Source: Leucoraja ocellata (Eukaryota). Taken from it: DNA of 64,000 nt. The notes beneath the pieces are model-generated. The model was not told the origin of the DNA. It made no database searches and was given only the letters and a program-made list of their open reading frames with translations. Positions 36,693 through 47,647 of this stretch are shown here, in pieces (the first letter of the stretch is position 1; each line of letters opens with the position of its first letter). The DNA is taken from the NCBI GenBank assembly GCA_036785375.1, contig JAWMAR010000070.1, positions 7,316,001 through 7,380,000 of the forward strand. The letters run 5' to 3'. The position numbers and the translations under genes were made by a program.

Positions 36693-39600
36693 AACCAGGC
36701 GCCCCACACATCCTGCTTGTGTCTCCACCACGTCTCGTTCTGGTCAACTCATCGCAGTTGAGGCAGAAACTATCCCGACGTTTAAGAAACAGCTAGACAG
36801 GAACAGGCATAGGTCAGATTTAGAGGGATATGGACCAAACGTGGACAGGTGGGACTAGTGTAGCTGGGACATGTTGTCCAATGTGGGCAAGTTGGGCCGA
36901 AGGGCCTGTTTCCATGCTGTATCACTCTATGACTGTATAACACTATGACATTAAATCTTCTGCTTATCAAATCCACACACAAGATTAGTTGTTCAGCCAG
37001 AGCTGATCACACTTCTCGGCATCTGCATAAAATGGTGTCTGTCTTGTTGCGTCTTGTGCTGCTTGTTCGTGGTGGTGGAGAGATTGGTGTAAACGTGAAA
37101 CATTAAATAAATAATGATAACTAGACCAAGTGGGACCCGTTGGGTCCCGTTCCCCCAACGTAATATTCCACCACTCACCCATACCCCACAATACTGACCC
37201 CATCCCCTAGCAAGGAAAATTCTGGAAATAAAACCTCTCTCTTACTCCACCCCCCCACAATGAAACGGGGAGCCCCCGCCCCCAACCCACCCCTCCCCAC
37301 AATCGTAATTATTTTATAAATAAGGAGTAAATGAAACCTCTCAGCAATTCCACCCCCCACAATGAAAAGCCTCCTCCCAAGAAATCTAAATGAGATTCCT
37401 TTGCGATGTACCCGTCCCCCCAACGCAATTTTCCACCACTCACCCATACCCCACAACTGCACAGGCGAGTCTCTTACACTCCCTCCCCCTCGTCTTTACC
37501 CTCCTCCTTCTCTCCCCTCTCCTCCTCCACTCCCTCCATCACCTCTCCTTCCCTCTCCATTTTCCCTACCCTCAGTCACTGCCTCCCCTTTCGCACTCCC
37601 CCACTAAACACAACGTTTAAATAACATTTCTTCTCCTCCACTCCCTGCCTCTACTTACAACAATGTAAGGAATCTCTCATTGCACTGGCTGGAACTTATC
37701 TCAACACTGTTGATTGGGAGCTGAGATCCCATTCTGATGTCATTGTCGGATCAACCCCCCCTTCCTCTCCCTCTATTCCCCCTCCTCTCCCACTCTCCCT
37801 CCTCACCTCCCCCACTTTCCCCCCTCTTCCTCCCTACTCCCTTCTCTCCCCCAATCCCCCCCCCCCCCCCCCCCCCCACCTCCTCACACTGCCTTGTAAC
37901 TAACAACCTCCAATCCAGGCATCATTCTGGGATTCCTCTCCTGCACCCTCTCCAAACTCTTTGGGAAATTGGCTCCGGTTATCTCCCCTATCTATGCCTC
38001 TCATCTCTATATTGTTAAAAGTCTCAACTTGTGTATATTTATACGTGTGTGTGTTGTCTGTGTCTTTCTACCTTCATCAAAATGCCACGCATTAGCGCAG
38101 AAGCTTTCAAACATTAGTAATCGTATTAACCCCTTTGACAAAATAAACTGCTCCACTTCACATTACATGCTGTAGTTCACAAGTTATAGCGTTTTAAAAA
38201 TAGTGAAAACCAACTTATTAAACGGCAAACCTTCACCCCGCTTCGAGTGATGTCACAAAGGGGGAGTGGTCGACCACCAGCTTCCAGTGATGTCAGGGGG
38301 ATGACCTCATTGAAATTAACATTCTGCTTTATCCGATACGCCCCACATGGGGTTTTTTCGCGGCCATCAAAGAGGCGTCGAGACTGCGGCGGTGAAGGAC
38401 ACATCGTGACCGCCATGGGCGGAAATCCTGGGGGGGGGGACAGGGGGCACGTCTCCCTATGCTTTGGGAGGTGGGGGACGATTCCCCCCCGCCCATGTTT
38501 TGTATTCGGCACTTTATCGGACGCTTTCTATGGGCAGAATCGGCCCATTCGCGGGGCCTTTCAGCGGCTTAAAATCAAATTGCTGCATCAAGGCTCCCGA
38601 TGTTGAAGCCCCGCCGGGCGATGAAAGGCCCCGCGAACGGGCCGATTCAAGCCACACGATTCGGGGCTGACGAAGCTGCTGTTGCTGGAGTTCGGAGTCG
38701 GTCACCAACCAAGTCAGCCCCCGATGTTACCGTCCACAGGGCCCACGGCCAAAGCCACGCGTGTGTGCCGCATGCATGTGTGCCGCCAAGGAATTGTTTC
38801 CCCCCCATGTTTTGATGACGATTTCCGTGCATGGAGAAGGCAGCGGTGAGGCATCGCGACGGTGGGTCGGCACGTTGGCGGTGAGGCCTCGCAGATATGG
38901 AGCAGCTGCGGCGGCAGGAAAGGAGAGGGAGAGAGAGAGAAGGAGGGATTGGGGGAGAGGAGAAAGAGAGGGGGAAGATCCTGGGGAGGTGAGGAAGGAC
39001 GGGGGAGATTGAGGGAGAGGAGGGGGTAGGGAGGGTAGTTGCCAAATCTGCACTCCCTCTCTTGCACCCTTTCTACCCTCCCTCACCCACTCTACCCTCC
39101 TCCCTCTCCCTCTCTACCTGTAAATCCTCGCTAAATCAGAGCAGTAATAGCACCAAAATTTAGTAAAGGACATGTATTGTTCGGCCATTTTGGTCAAGTC
39201 TGATGTACTGTGCAGAAGTAAGACAAGCTTCTGAATGGTGCCAGTAAGTCTGGGCCCCACATCAATGTTGCAGATAAGAAATGTATGAGAATTGACAGAA
39301 TGAATGCGATTTCTGCAGAAGACCTCCAAGGGAGTGTAAAATGCATGAAGTTGATTGGATTACTGCAACAGCATTGTAAATATTGTAAATCATGTTGCCA
39401 GTTACCCTGCTGTTTGTTGATTGGCTAAAGTGTTGAGCCCTGGCAGGTGTTTATTTGAATTCCAGGGTAAATGTTGCATTATTCAAGTTAAGTTAGCTTC
39501 TTCCAGCAGCTTCACCTGAAACAATGTATGGGAGACTGTTATTGGTCTGGGGAACTGTCTATAATGTACTGATGTAATTAATATGTTTGATTGGATTGTA

Positions 39601-42351
39601 AAGAGACCACCTCTATGTAGTTTGGCCCCTCAAGGCTCAGGGACCTATGAAAAGCAGGTCCTTTGTCGATCTTCTGGAAGAGCCCTTGGGACTGTGTGAC
39701 CTTTTGGAGTGTTTCTGCTTGCATAAGGCTGAAGGGTTTGGCCAAGCAGATACAAGGATCGAACCCGCAGTGGTTTAGGTATCGTGTAGTTGAATTAGAT
39801 GTACAATCCAAAAATAAAGATTAATTGTTCCAGTGCTTGACTCAGTGGTTTTTGACTGAACTAGACTGGGGGTAAGCTTGAAAAGAATGTATTTAATCCC
39901 TCCACCCCACTCTACCCCCCCCCCCCCCTCACCCTCTACCCCTTCCCACTCTCTCTCTACCCCTTCTCTCTGCCTCTCTCCCTCTCTACCCCCTCCCTCT
40001 ACCCCTCCTCCCTCTCTAAGTATTGAAGAGGGAGGGTGAAGAGTAGGAAGAGGTGATGCGGAGAAATGAGCCGCGCCTGCACAGTTGGGGGCTATGAGTG
40101 AGTGGTGGAATATATAGTGTTGGGGAATGGGTGAGTGGTGGAATATAGCGTTGGGTTTGTACTTGGTCTGCACAGTAACTTTATATAATTCTATCAGGTC
40201 TATGGGCGGCTCTGTAGTGGCAGCCCTCCACTGTCTACCCTGGCCTATCATGATTATATACTTACACCATAAGTACACAATAAGGTCTCAGTTATTCCAA
40301 GTAAACCAGACCATGATAGTACAAGACAATGTACGTGGGGCATCACCAGTGGTGCAGTGTCCATCAGGGTTGTGTAGGGTTGTGGTGAGTGGCGTAGGGT
40401 TGTGGTTGGGGTTGTGCAGGCTGGTTCAACAACCTTGTGCTTGCTGGGAAGAAGCTGCTCTTGAACCTGGAGCTCACGGTTCTCAGGCTCCTGTACCTTC
40501 CCCTCAGTAGTGGTGATAAGAGAGTGTGGCCAGGGTGGTGTGGGTCTATAACTGGAAGATCAGGCTCCATATGGAGGTAAGAAAGCTCCTTGACAACCAC
40601 AATTGACACCCAACGAGGGTCAAAACTGGACTCTAATCAGCAGCCCTAACAATGCACGAGGGCAATGCAGGGGCGGTACAGTGGCACAACGCTAGAGTTG
40701 CTGCTTTACAGCGCTAGAGACCCGCCTTCGATGGTTGACTACGGGCACCGGTGTATGTACATTCTCCCTGGGACCATGTGGGTTTCCTCCGGGTGCTCTG
40801 GTTTCCTTTCAGATTGCAAAGGCGTGCAGATTTGATGGTTAATTGGCTTCAGTAAATTGTCCCTAGTGTGTAGGTTAGAACTAGTGTAGGGGTGATCACT
40901 GGTTGGGTTGGACTCGGTGGGCCAAAGAGCCTGTTTCCACACTGTATCTATAAGCAAAGCCGAACTAAACTAATTTAAAGGCAACTCCATGACACTTAAT
41001 CTGGCGATGTTGCCCGTAGTGAGCAAGAGTTGCACAAAGTTCACACCCAGCTCAATGCTGGCTTACAAAGAATCACTCACACCGGCTGTCTTCAGGGCTG
41101 GCAGAAGAGAGTTTATTTACATTAAACGTGCATTTACTGGTGCAAGAAGGGTCAGTTCTCCGCACTGCATGCGATCCACGCTCACACCTTCCACGCTGCT
41201 CATCTTTATACCTTTACTATTCCCTACTTGGTGTCATAGAGTCTTACAGCACGGAAATAGGCCCTTCAGCCCAACTTGGCCATGCAGACCCATATACCCC
41301 ATCTAAGCTCATCCCATTTCACTACATTTGGCCCATGTCCCCATAAAACCATGTGGGATAGAACTATTGCATGGGGTGATCATTGGTCTCCACTGACCCG
41401 GTGGGCTGAAGGGCCTGTTTCCTTGTTGTACCTCTGGACTGAACTAGGCTTTGCTACTGGCATTTCACTCCGGCACTTCACTCCGCACTCGACAACAGAG
41501 ACACTTACATAAGAATACTGTTCATCGATTACAGCTCAGCATTCAACACCATTATACCCTCTAAACTGATCACCAAATTCGGTAACCTGGGCATTGACCC
41601 CTCCCTCTGCAACTGGATACTGGACTTTCTAACCAACAGACCCCAGTCTGTGAGGTTAGACAAGCACACCTCTTCAACTCTCACCCTGAACACCGGCATT
41701 CCACAGGGCTGTGTGCTGAGCCCCCTCCTCTACTCTCTCTTCACCTACGACTGCACACCTGTACATGGTACTAACACCATCGTCAAGTATGCAGATGATA
41801 CAACGGTGATTGGCCTCATCAGCAACAACGATGAGTCGGCCTACAGGGAGGAGGTCCAGCTCCTAGCAGCATGGTGCGCTGACAACAACCTGGCCCTCAA
41901 CTCCAAGAAGACCAAGGAGCTCATTGTAGACTTCAGAAAGTCTAGGGGCGGCACGCACACCCCCATCCACATTAACGGGCCGGAGGTGGAACGTGTTTCC
42001 AGCTTCAGGTTTCTGGGGGTCAACATCTCCGATGACCTCTCTTGGACCCACAATACCTCAACTCTGGTCAACAAGGCTCACCAGCGTCTCTTCTCCTTGA
42101 GGAGACTAAAGAGGGTCCATCTGTCTCCTCAGATTCTGGTGAACTTCTACCGCTGCACCATCGAGAGCATGGTTACCAACTGTATCACAGTATGGTACGG
42201 CAACTGCTCTGTCTCCGACCAGAAAGCACTGCAGAGGGTGTTGAAAATTGCCCAACGCATCACCGGTTCCTCACTCCCCTCCATTGAGTCTGTCCAGAGC
42301 AAGCAATGTCTGCAAAGGGCACTCAGCATCATCAAGGACTGCTCTCACCCC

Positions 42352-44402
42352 TGAGGAAATATTATATAAATAGAACCGTTTGGATAGTGATTTTTATATA
42401 AGCTAGGTAATTTGCAAAAGAAAATCTTAGGGTTTTCCTGGTGAAATAAAGTGCAGACAGATACACACAGGCAAAGATGAATCAAAACATTGAGGCCTGA
42501 ACCTGAACCTGTTTAGCTTAGGTTTATTGCTGAGGCAATTATAACACTGGAGGAAATTGTATTTGGTATGATTGTGTTGGAAAATAGATAACTGAATACG
42601 GGCTTCTTCTTAGGTCAGATTCACTTTTCTTTGTGGACATTCTTGAGCTGTGGGGTTTGTGCTGAGTTTGAGATATAGTTCAGGGCTGAGAGATAATAGG
42701 CCCTGTAGTTAGCTTTGGCTAGGTTGAATTAGGATGTATGTGAAGGGGAGTCGTTGCTTGGAGAAGATCATTTGTAATATTTGTAAAAGGCCTTGTAGAG
42801 AGATTGGAAATCCAGCTCCCAGAGATAGCAGGAGAAGGGGAGGCTGTAAGTTAAGATGTATGAAGTATGTAAGTTAAGTGAATGAAGCTGTATCCTGGAA
42901 CCAAACACTAATTAAGTAAGTTGACAGATTTACGACCCATGTATCCTTGGTTGGGATGGGTATAGGTTTTGAACTTAGAAACTGTAATTCAGCAAACTTA
43001 TACAGGTGCACAACCTTTTATCCGGTGTTCCGGAAACCGAAAAACTCCGAAAACCGGCCATTTTTTCCAGATGTCGTCTGCACACCAAAGCTCGCGTTTG
43101 GCGCCAAACTTGACCCGAAACGACGCACGGTCAACCCAGGTCTGTACTACTGCAGCGGCTGCCTCCTCCCCGGAGACCGGGAGACGCTTAAACATCTGTA
43201 AATCATTGCTTAAATGTTAGTCAGTTAGTTTGGAGGGCTTTTATGTGAAGGGGGGGGGTGAAGGGGTAAACTTTAATTCTTAGTCCCCTCCCTGGTCGGA
43301 GAGGCGGGGAGCGGTCAATGCCTTACCGGGTCGCCGTGCGGCAAGCTCCGCAGCGCTGTGGCTGGTGAAGCTGCGGGCGTCGCCGGTTGTAGCTCCGACC
43401 CCGGCAACTCTACCCCTGGCTGCGAGGCGCTCCAAATCCAGCGCGGCCCGCGGCCGGACGCCCCAGCTCCGCGAATGTTGGAGCATCGCTGGATTTGGAG
43501 CCGCGCAGCCAGGGGTAGAGTTGCCGGGGTCGGAGCTACAACCGGCACCGCCCGCGGCCGGACGGAGCCCCCAGCTCCGCGAGGTTGGGAGTCGCCGACC
43601 AGGTAGGGGACTAAGAATTAAAGTTTCCCCCTTCACCCCTACTCCACCACCACCACATAAAATCCCTCCAAACTAACTGACTAACATTTATGCAATGATT
43701 CTCCCGGTCTCCGGGGACGAGGCAGCTGCTCCAGACTTTTCAAGCCGCCCGCGCTACCTACCTAATCTACGCTAAAAATCTTCCATTCGGAAATCCGAAA
43801 ATGTCCGAAATCTGACAAGTGTCTGGTCCCAAGGCTTTCGGATAAAAGGTTGTGCACCTGTATAATTAATGTTTTAAAGACCTAGGTAAAAGTATTTCAA
43901 ACTGTGAAATTGTAGTAAAACAAATTATGAAATGTATTGCCTTAGTAGAAATGTACACTTTAGACATAGAAATTGTTTAGATTTATAGAAATATCTTTCT
44001 TCTTGGTATAGAAAGTGTGTATGACTTGTGTGATCATTGTCTGTATCTTATATTTTGAGGAGTGGTCCTTGATAAGAGCCTACTGGGGTTTTGCTGTGTT
44101 GAAATAAAATAATTCTGAAACAAAGTTATAAAGTTATACCATAGACAAACGAAGATTGTAAAAAGAAGGACTCAGCTGATTGGTTACTAGCTTGTCATAC
44201 CCTCTGTATCTGAAATGTCTAATACCTATATAAATGCCATGAGTTTGTATCAAAGTTACTCCTCTCTGGACCCGCCCCAGAGCATCAGCTCTGTGTTGGA
44301 AGGTTCAAGAGACTAGTCTCAGTTGAATAAAGAATTGATTTTAACAGCAACAAGTGTTTGAGTCAAGTTGACTTTAGATTGGCAGAAGAACTCAGTTTAA
44401 CA
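42352..44402 (+). mobile_element. Solo LTR
   Basis: TG...CA ends; 4-bp TSD cccc (42348-42351 / 44403-44406); TATA at ~44227 and AATAAA at 44326. Confidence 0.8.
43003..43860. mobile_element. Tc1/mariner-pogo type non-autonomous element (MITE)
   Basis: Perfect 22-bp TIR caggtgcacaaccttttatccg; TA TSD; long internal inverted repeats. Confidence 0.9.
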
Positions 44403-44798
44403 CCCCAACCATAGACTGATTACCCTCCTCCCGTGCGGGAGGCGCTACAGGTCTCTCCGTTGCTGAACCAGCAGGTCCAGGAACAGCTTCTTCCCTGCGG
44501 CTGTTACATTACTCAACACTGTACCTCGGTGATTGCCCCCGGACACTCATCCACCAGATAAAAATTGCATTACTACGACTGTATGCACGTATATTTATTT
44601 ATTGCTCATATTCTATGTCGCTCTTCTAGGGAGATGCTAACTGCATTTTGTTATCTCTGTACTGTACACTGCACAATGACAATAATGTTTGCATCTGAAT
44701 CTGAATATGAATAAGCTGCCCAAGTGAAATTTGAGTGCTATCCCTCCAATTTGCACTTGGCCTCACTCTGACAGTGGAGGCGGCCCAGGACAGAAAGG

Positions 44799-45371
44799 TC
44801 AGTGTAGGAATGGGGGGAGTCCGTGGTGAATCATTGGGAGGTTTCTCTCTATTTTCAGCCATGTCAATACATGACATTTCCCATGATGAGAAGTGGACCA
44901 AATGCAGGTATATGTCCCGGCATCTTTCTCTTGTACCCCCCACAGGACCAACGAGGCGTCCCGATTTGTGAATAAATCGTTATTCACGAACTTCCAGTTG
45001 GGATACGATCCCTTATATCCCACTGAAAACCAACTGTGATATGTTGCAATGGCAACACCGTCTTTTTTCCATGTGACGAGGGTAGGTTTACTGTAATTCT
45101 TGGATAGTTTACAGGGCAGCGTAATAGAACCACTCGGAGACACAACGGCAACCTGCAGACTAATGATTAAAGGGTGATCACCAGCAGAGTCTGGCTTGTC
45201 CGTGCATCTGGGAAGCTGTTCATTGTTGACTTGCCAATACGCCCGTGCGTTCCGCCCGGCCAAGTTTGGTTCCTCTCCCCATTCTCTGGAGATCGGACCT
45301 GTTCCAGTTGCGGAGACTTGCCACACCATCTCCACAAGGACCATGAATCCTATCCATCTCTGCAGTCCCAT
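44799..45371 (-). CDS. Secreted single V-type Ig-domain protein, copy 5 (type C), 190 aa
   Basis: Same leader; ITLPC, VTW, DASLVL, DAGTYTC. The TGA used by the other copies is out of frame here, giving a longer tail. Confidence 0.8.
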   Translation of the reverse strand: MGLQRWIGFMVLVEMVWQVSATGTGPISREWGEEPNLAGRNARAYWQVNNEQLPRCTDKPDSAGDHPLIISLQVAVVSPSGSITLPCKLSKNYSKPTLVTWKKDGVAIATYHSWFSVGYKGSYPNWKFVNNDLFTNRDASLVLWGVQEKDAGTYTCIWSTSHHGKCHVLTWLKIERNLPMIHHGLPPFLH

Positions 45372-45952
45372 GTTCCTGTGGGTGAAACAATGGGTCACCT
45401 TATTGCAACTCAGTAGGATTCATGATGACATTCCCTGAACCCGCCCAGAGTTGGGGAATCGAGAACCAGAGGACATCGGTTTAAGGCGAGGGGGGGGGGA
45501 AAGATTTAATGGAAAACTGAGGGGTGACTTTTTTACACAAAGGGTGGAGGGTGTTTGGAACGAGCTGCCAGAAGAGGTAGTTGAAGCAGGTACTATCACA
45601 ATGATTAAGAAACAGTTAGACAGGTACATTGATAGGACAGGATTAGAGGGGTAAGGGCCAAACGCAGGCAGGTGGGTCTAGTATTGATGGGGACACGTTG
45701 GTGGGCGCGGGCAAGTTGGGCCGAAGGTCTCGCTGTGACTTTATGACTCCATCACTTGTCCCACCCCGGTCATTCCTCCTTCTCCCTGGTCCTGTCTAGC
45801 AGAAGGTACAGAAGCTTGAAAGCGCGCACCACCAGACTCAGGAACAGCTTCTTCCCCTCTGCTATCAGGCTTCTGAACTGGGGGAACAGTGAACAGAGAC
45901 AATCCCACCCCCATCACTCACAGACACTTGAAGGATCCACAGGGTTGGTTAC

Positions 45953-46108
45953 CAGCTCCGGAGTCTCCACACAGGGTGACGGGGTCGGTCTTGTTCTCAT
46001 CTCCTGCCATCGCTCGCTCCTTTTATACCGACTCCCGGCTTCTCCTGCCCCTCATTGTCTGCCCTCACGTACATTCAACCAATCACTGCCTCCCACGGAG
46101 CATTGGCC
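45953..46108 (-). promoter_or_regulatory. Promoter and exon 1 of Ig copy 5
   Basis: TATAAAAG at 46027-46020; donor at 45952. Confidence 0.65.
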
Positions 46109-46419
46109 GGAGTCAGCCGCGACCTCTCCACCCTCTGCCAAACGTGTCGTTGCATCAGCCGTTAACGTTTAACAAGAACAACGTCATCCCAGCTGCCAGC
46201 GGCCAACCAGGCGCCCCACACATCCTGCTTGTGTCTCCACCACGTCTCGTTCTGGCCACCTAACCGCTCCACTGTAATTGAGAAGACGATGTAACATAGA
46301 ACATGGAATAGTGCAGCACAGGTACAGGCCCTTCGGCCCACAATGTCCGTGTTGAACATGATGTTGACCATGATGCCAAGAAGTTAAACTAATCTCTTCA
46401 GCCTGCATGTAATCCACTA

Positions 46420-47340
46420 GTGGGGGAGTCTCGGACAAGAGGTCACAGCCTCAGAATTAAAGGGTGGTCGTTTAAGAAGGAGATGAAGAGGAATTTCTTT
46501 AGTAAGAATGTGGTGAATCTGTGGAATTCATTCCCACGGAAGGCTGTCTGTGGAGGCCAAGTCGACGGATATTTTTAATGCAGAGATGGATAGATTGTTG
46601 ATTTGTACAGGTGTCAGAGCTTATGGGGAGAATGTAGATTATTATCTGAATGTTGTCAGATTAGGAAAAGGGAATATGCAATGAGACCTCGGTGTGCTTG
46701 TACACCAGTCACTAAAAATAAACATGCAGGTACAGCAGGCAGTGAAGAAAGCAAATGGCATGTTGGCCTTCATAGTGAGAGGATTTGTGAAGCGGGGCAA
46801 GGAGGTCCTACTGCAGTTGTATAGGGCCATGGTAAGACCACACCAGCAGTTTTGGTCTTGTAATTTGAGGAAGGGCATTCTTGCTATTGAGGGAATGCAG
46901 CGAAGGTTCACCAGGTTAATTCCTGGGATGGCGAGACTGTCATATGATGAAAGAATGGGTCGACTGGGCTGATATTCACTGGAATTCAGAAGAATGAGAG
47001 GGGATCTTACAGAAACATACAAAATTCTTAAGGGATTGGACAGGCAAGATGCAGAAAAAATGTCCCCGATGTTGGGGGAATCCAGAACCACGGGTCACAG
47101 TTTAAGAATAAAGGGTAGGTCATTTAGGGCTGAAATGAGGAAAAACATTTTCACCCAGAGTTATGAATCTGTGGAATTCTATGCCTCAGAAGGCAGTGGA
47201 GGCCAATTCACTGGATGTTTTCAAGAGAGAGTTAGCTCATAGGGCTAATGGAATCAAGGGATATGGGGAGAAAGCAGGAACAGGGTACTAATTGTGGACA
47301 AATAGCTATGATCATAATTGAATGGCGGTGCTGGCTAAAT
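46420..47340 (+). mobile_element. Decayed CR1 3' fragments between the Ig array and the chitinase
   Basis: QQAVKKANGMLAFI, MRGDLTETYKILKG, degenerate tail. Confidence 0.85.
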
Positions 47341-47549
47341 GCCCTACTCCTGCGCCTACTTTCCATGTTTCTACGTTTCTAAGTCATTTCCAATCAAGCT
47401 CAGAAACAGAGAGGTGAAAATGAAGGTGAACAATCTGAATGACATTGAACAGGGGACGAGGTATTATTGAAGAGAAAATATTGAAGTCAAGATAAGAACT
47501 ATTATTTTCCCTTTGTAAATAGCAGGAGGATCATCGTGACTGCCCTTTC

Positions 47550-47647
47550 ACTCTGATAAAGGGAACGACAAACACATTGGATTATTGTTCGTGATAAGCT
47601 CATTGTATAAAAGAGGCAGCTCAGGTCTAGTCAGCAACAGTAACAAG
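47550..47647 (+). promoter_or_regulatory. Chitinase core promoter
   Basis: TATAAAA at 47606-47612, ~40 nt before the ATG (context AAGATGG); two WGATAA sites at 47554 and 47592. Confidence 0.7.

Larger units (their letters stand above)
41480..44712 (+). mobile_element. 5'-truncated Rex1/Babar LINE, interrupted by a solo LTR
   Basis: ORF 41650-42354 ([22 protein letters not shown]) resumes at 44403; (tctgaa)n tail near 44693-44711. Confidence 0.88.
1740..46260. repeat. Tandem segmental duplication array, six units (approx. 1740-11570, 11570-18410, 18410-26975, 26975-33640, 33640-39900, 39900-46260)
   Basis: Near-identical blocks recur in the same order (SINE, 3' block, CR1 scraps, Ig exon, intron, promoter, spacer, LTR-like block). 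Repeated ORF translations in the track confirm this. Boundaries are approximate. Confidence 0.9.
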
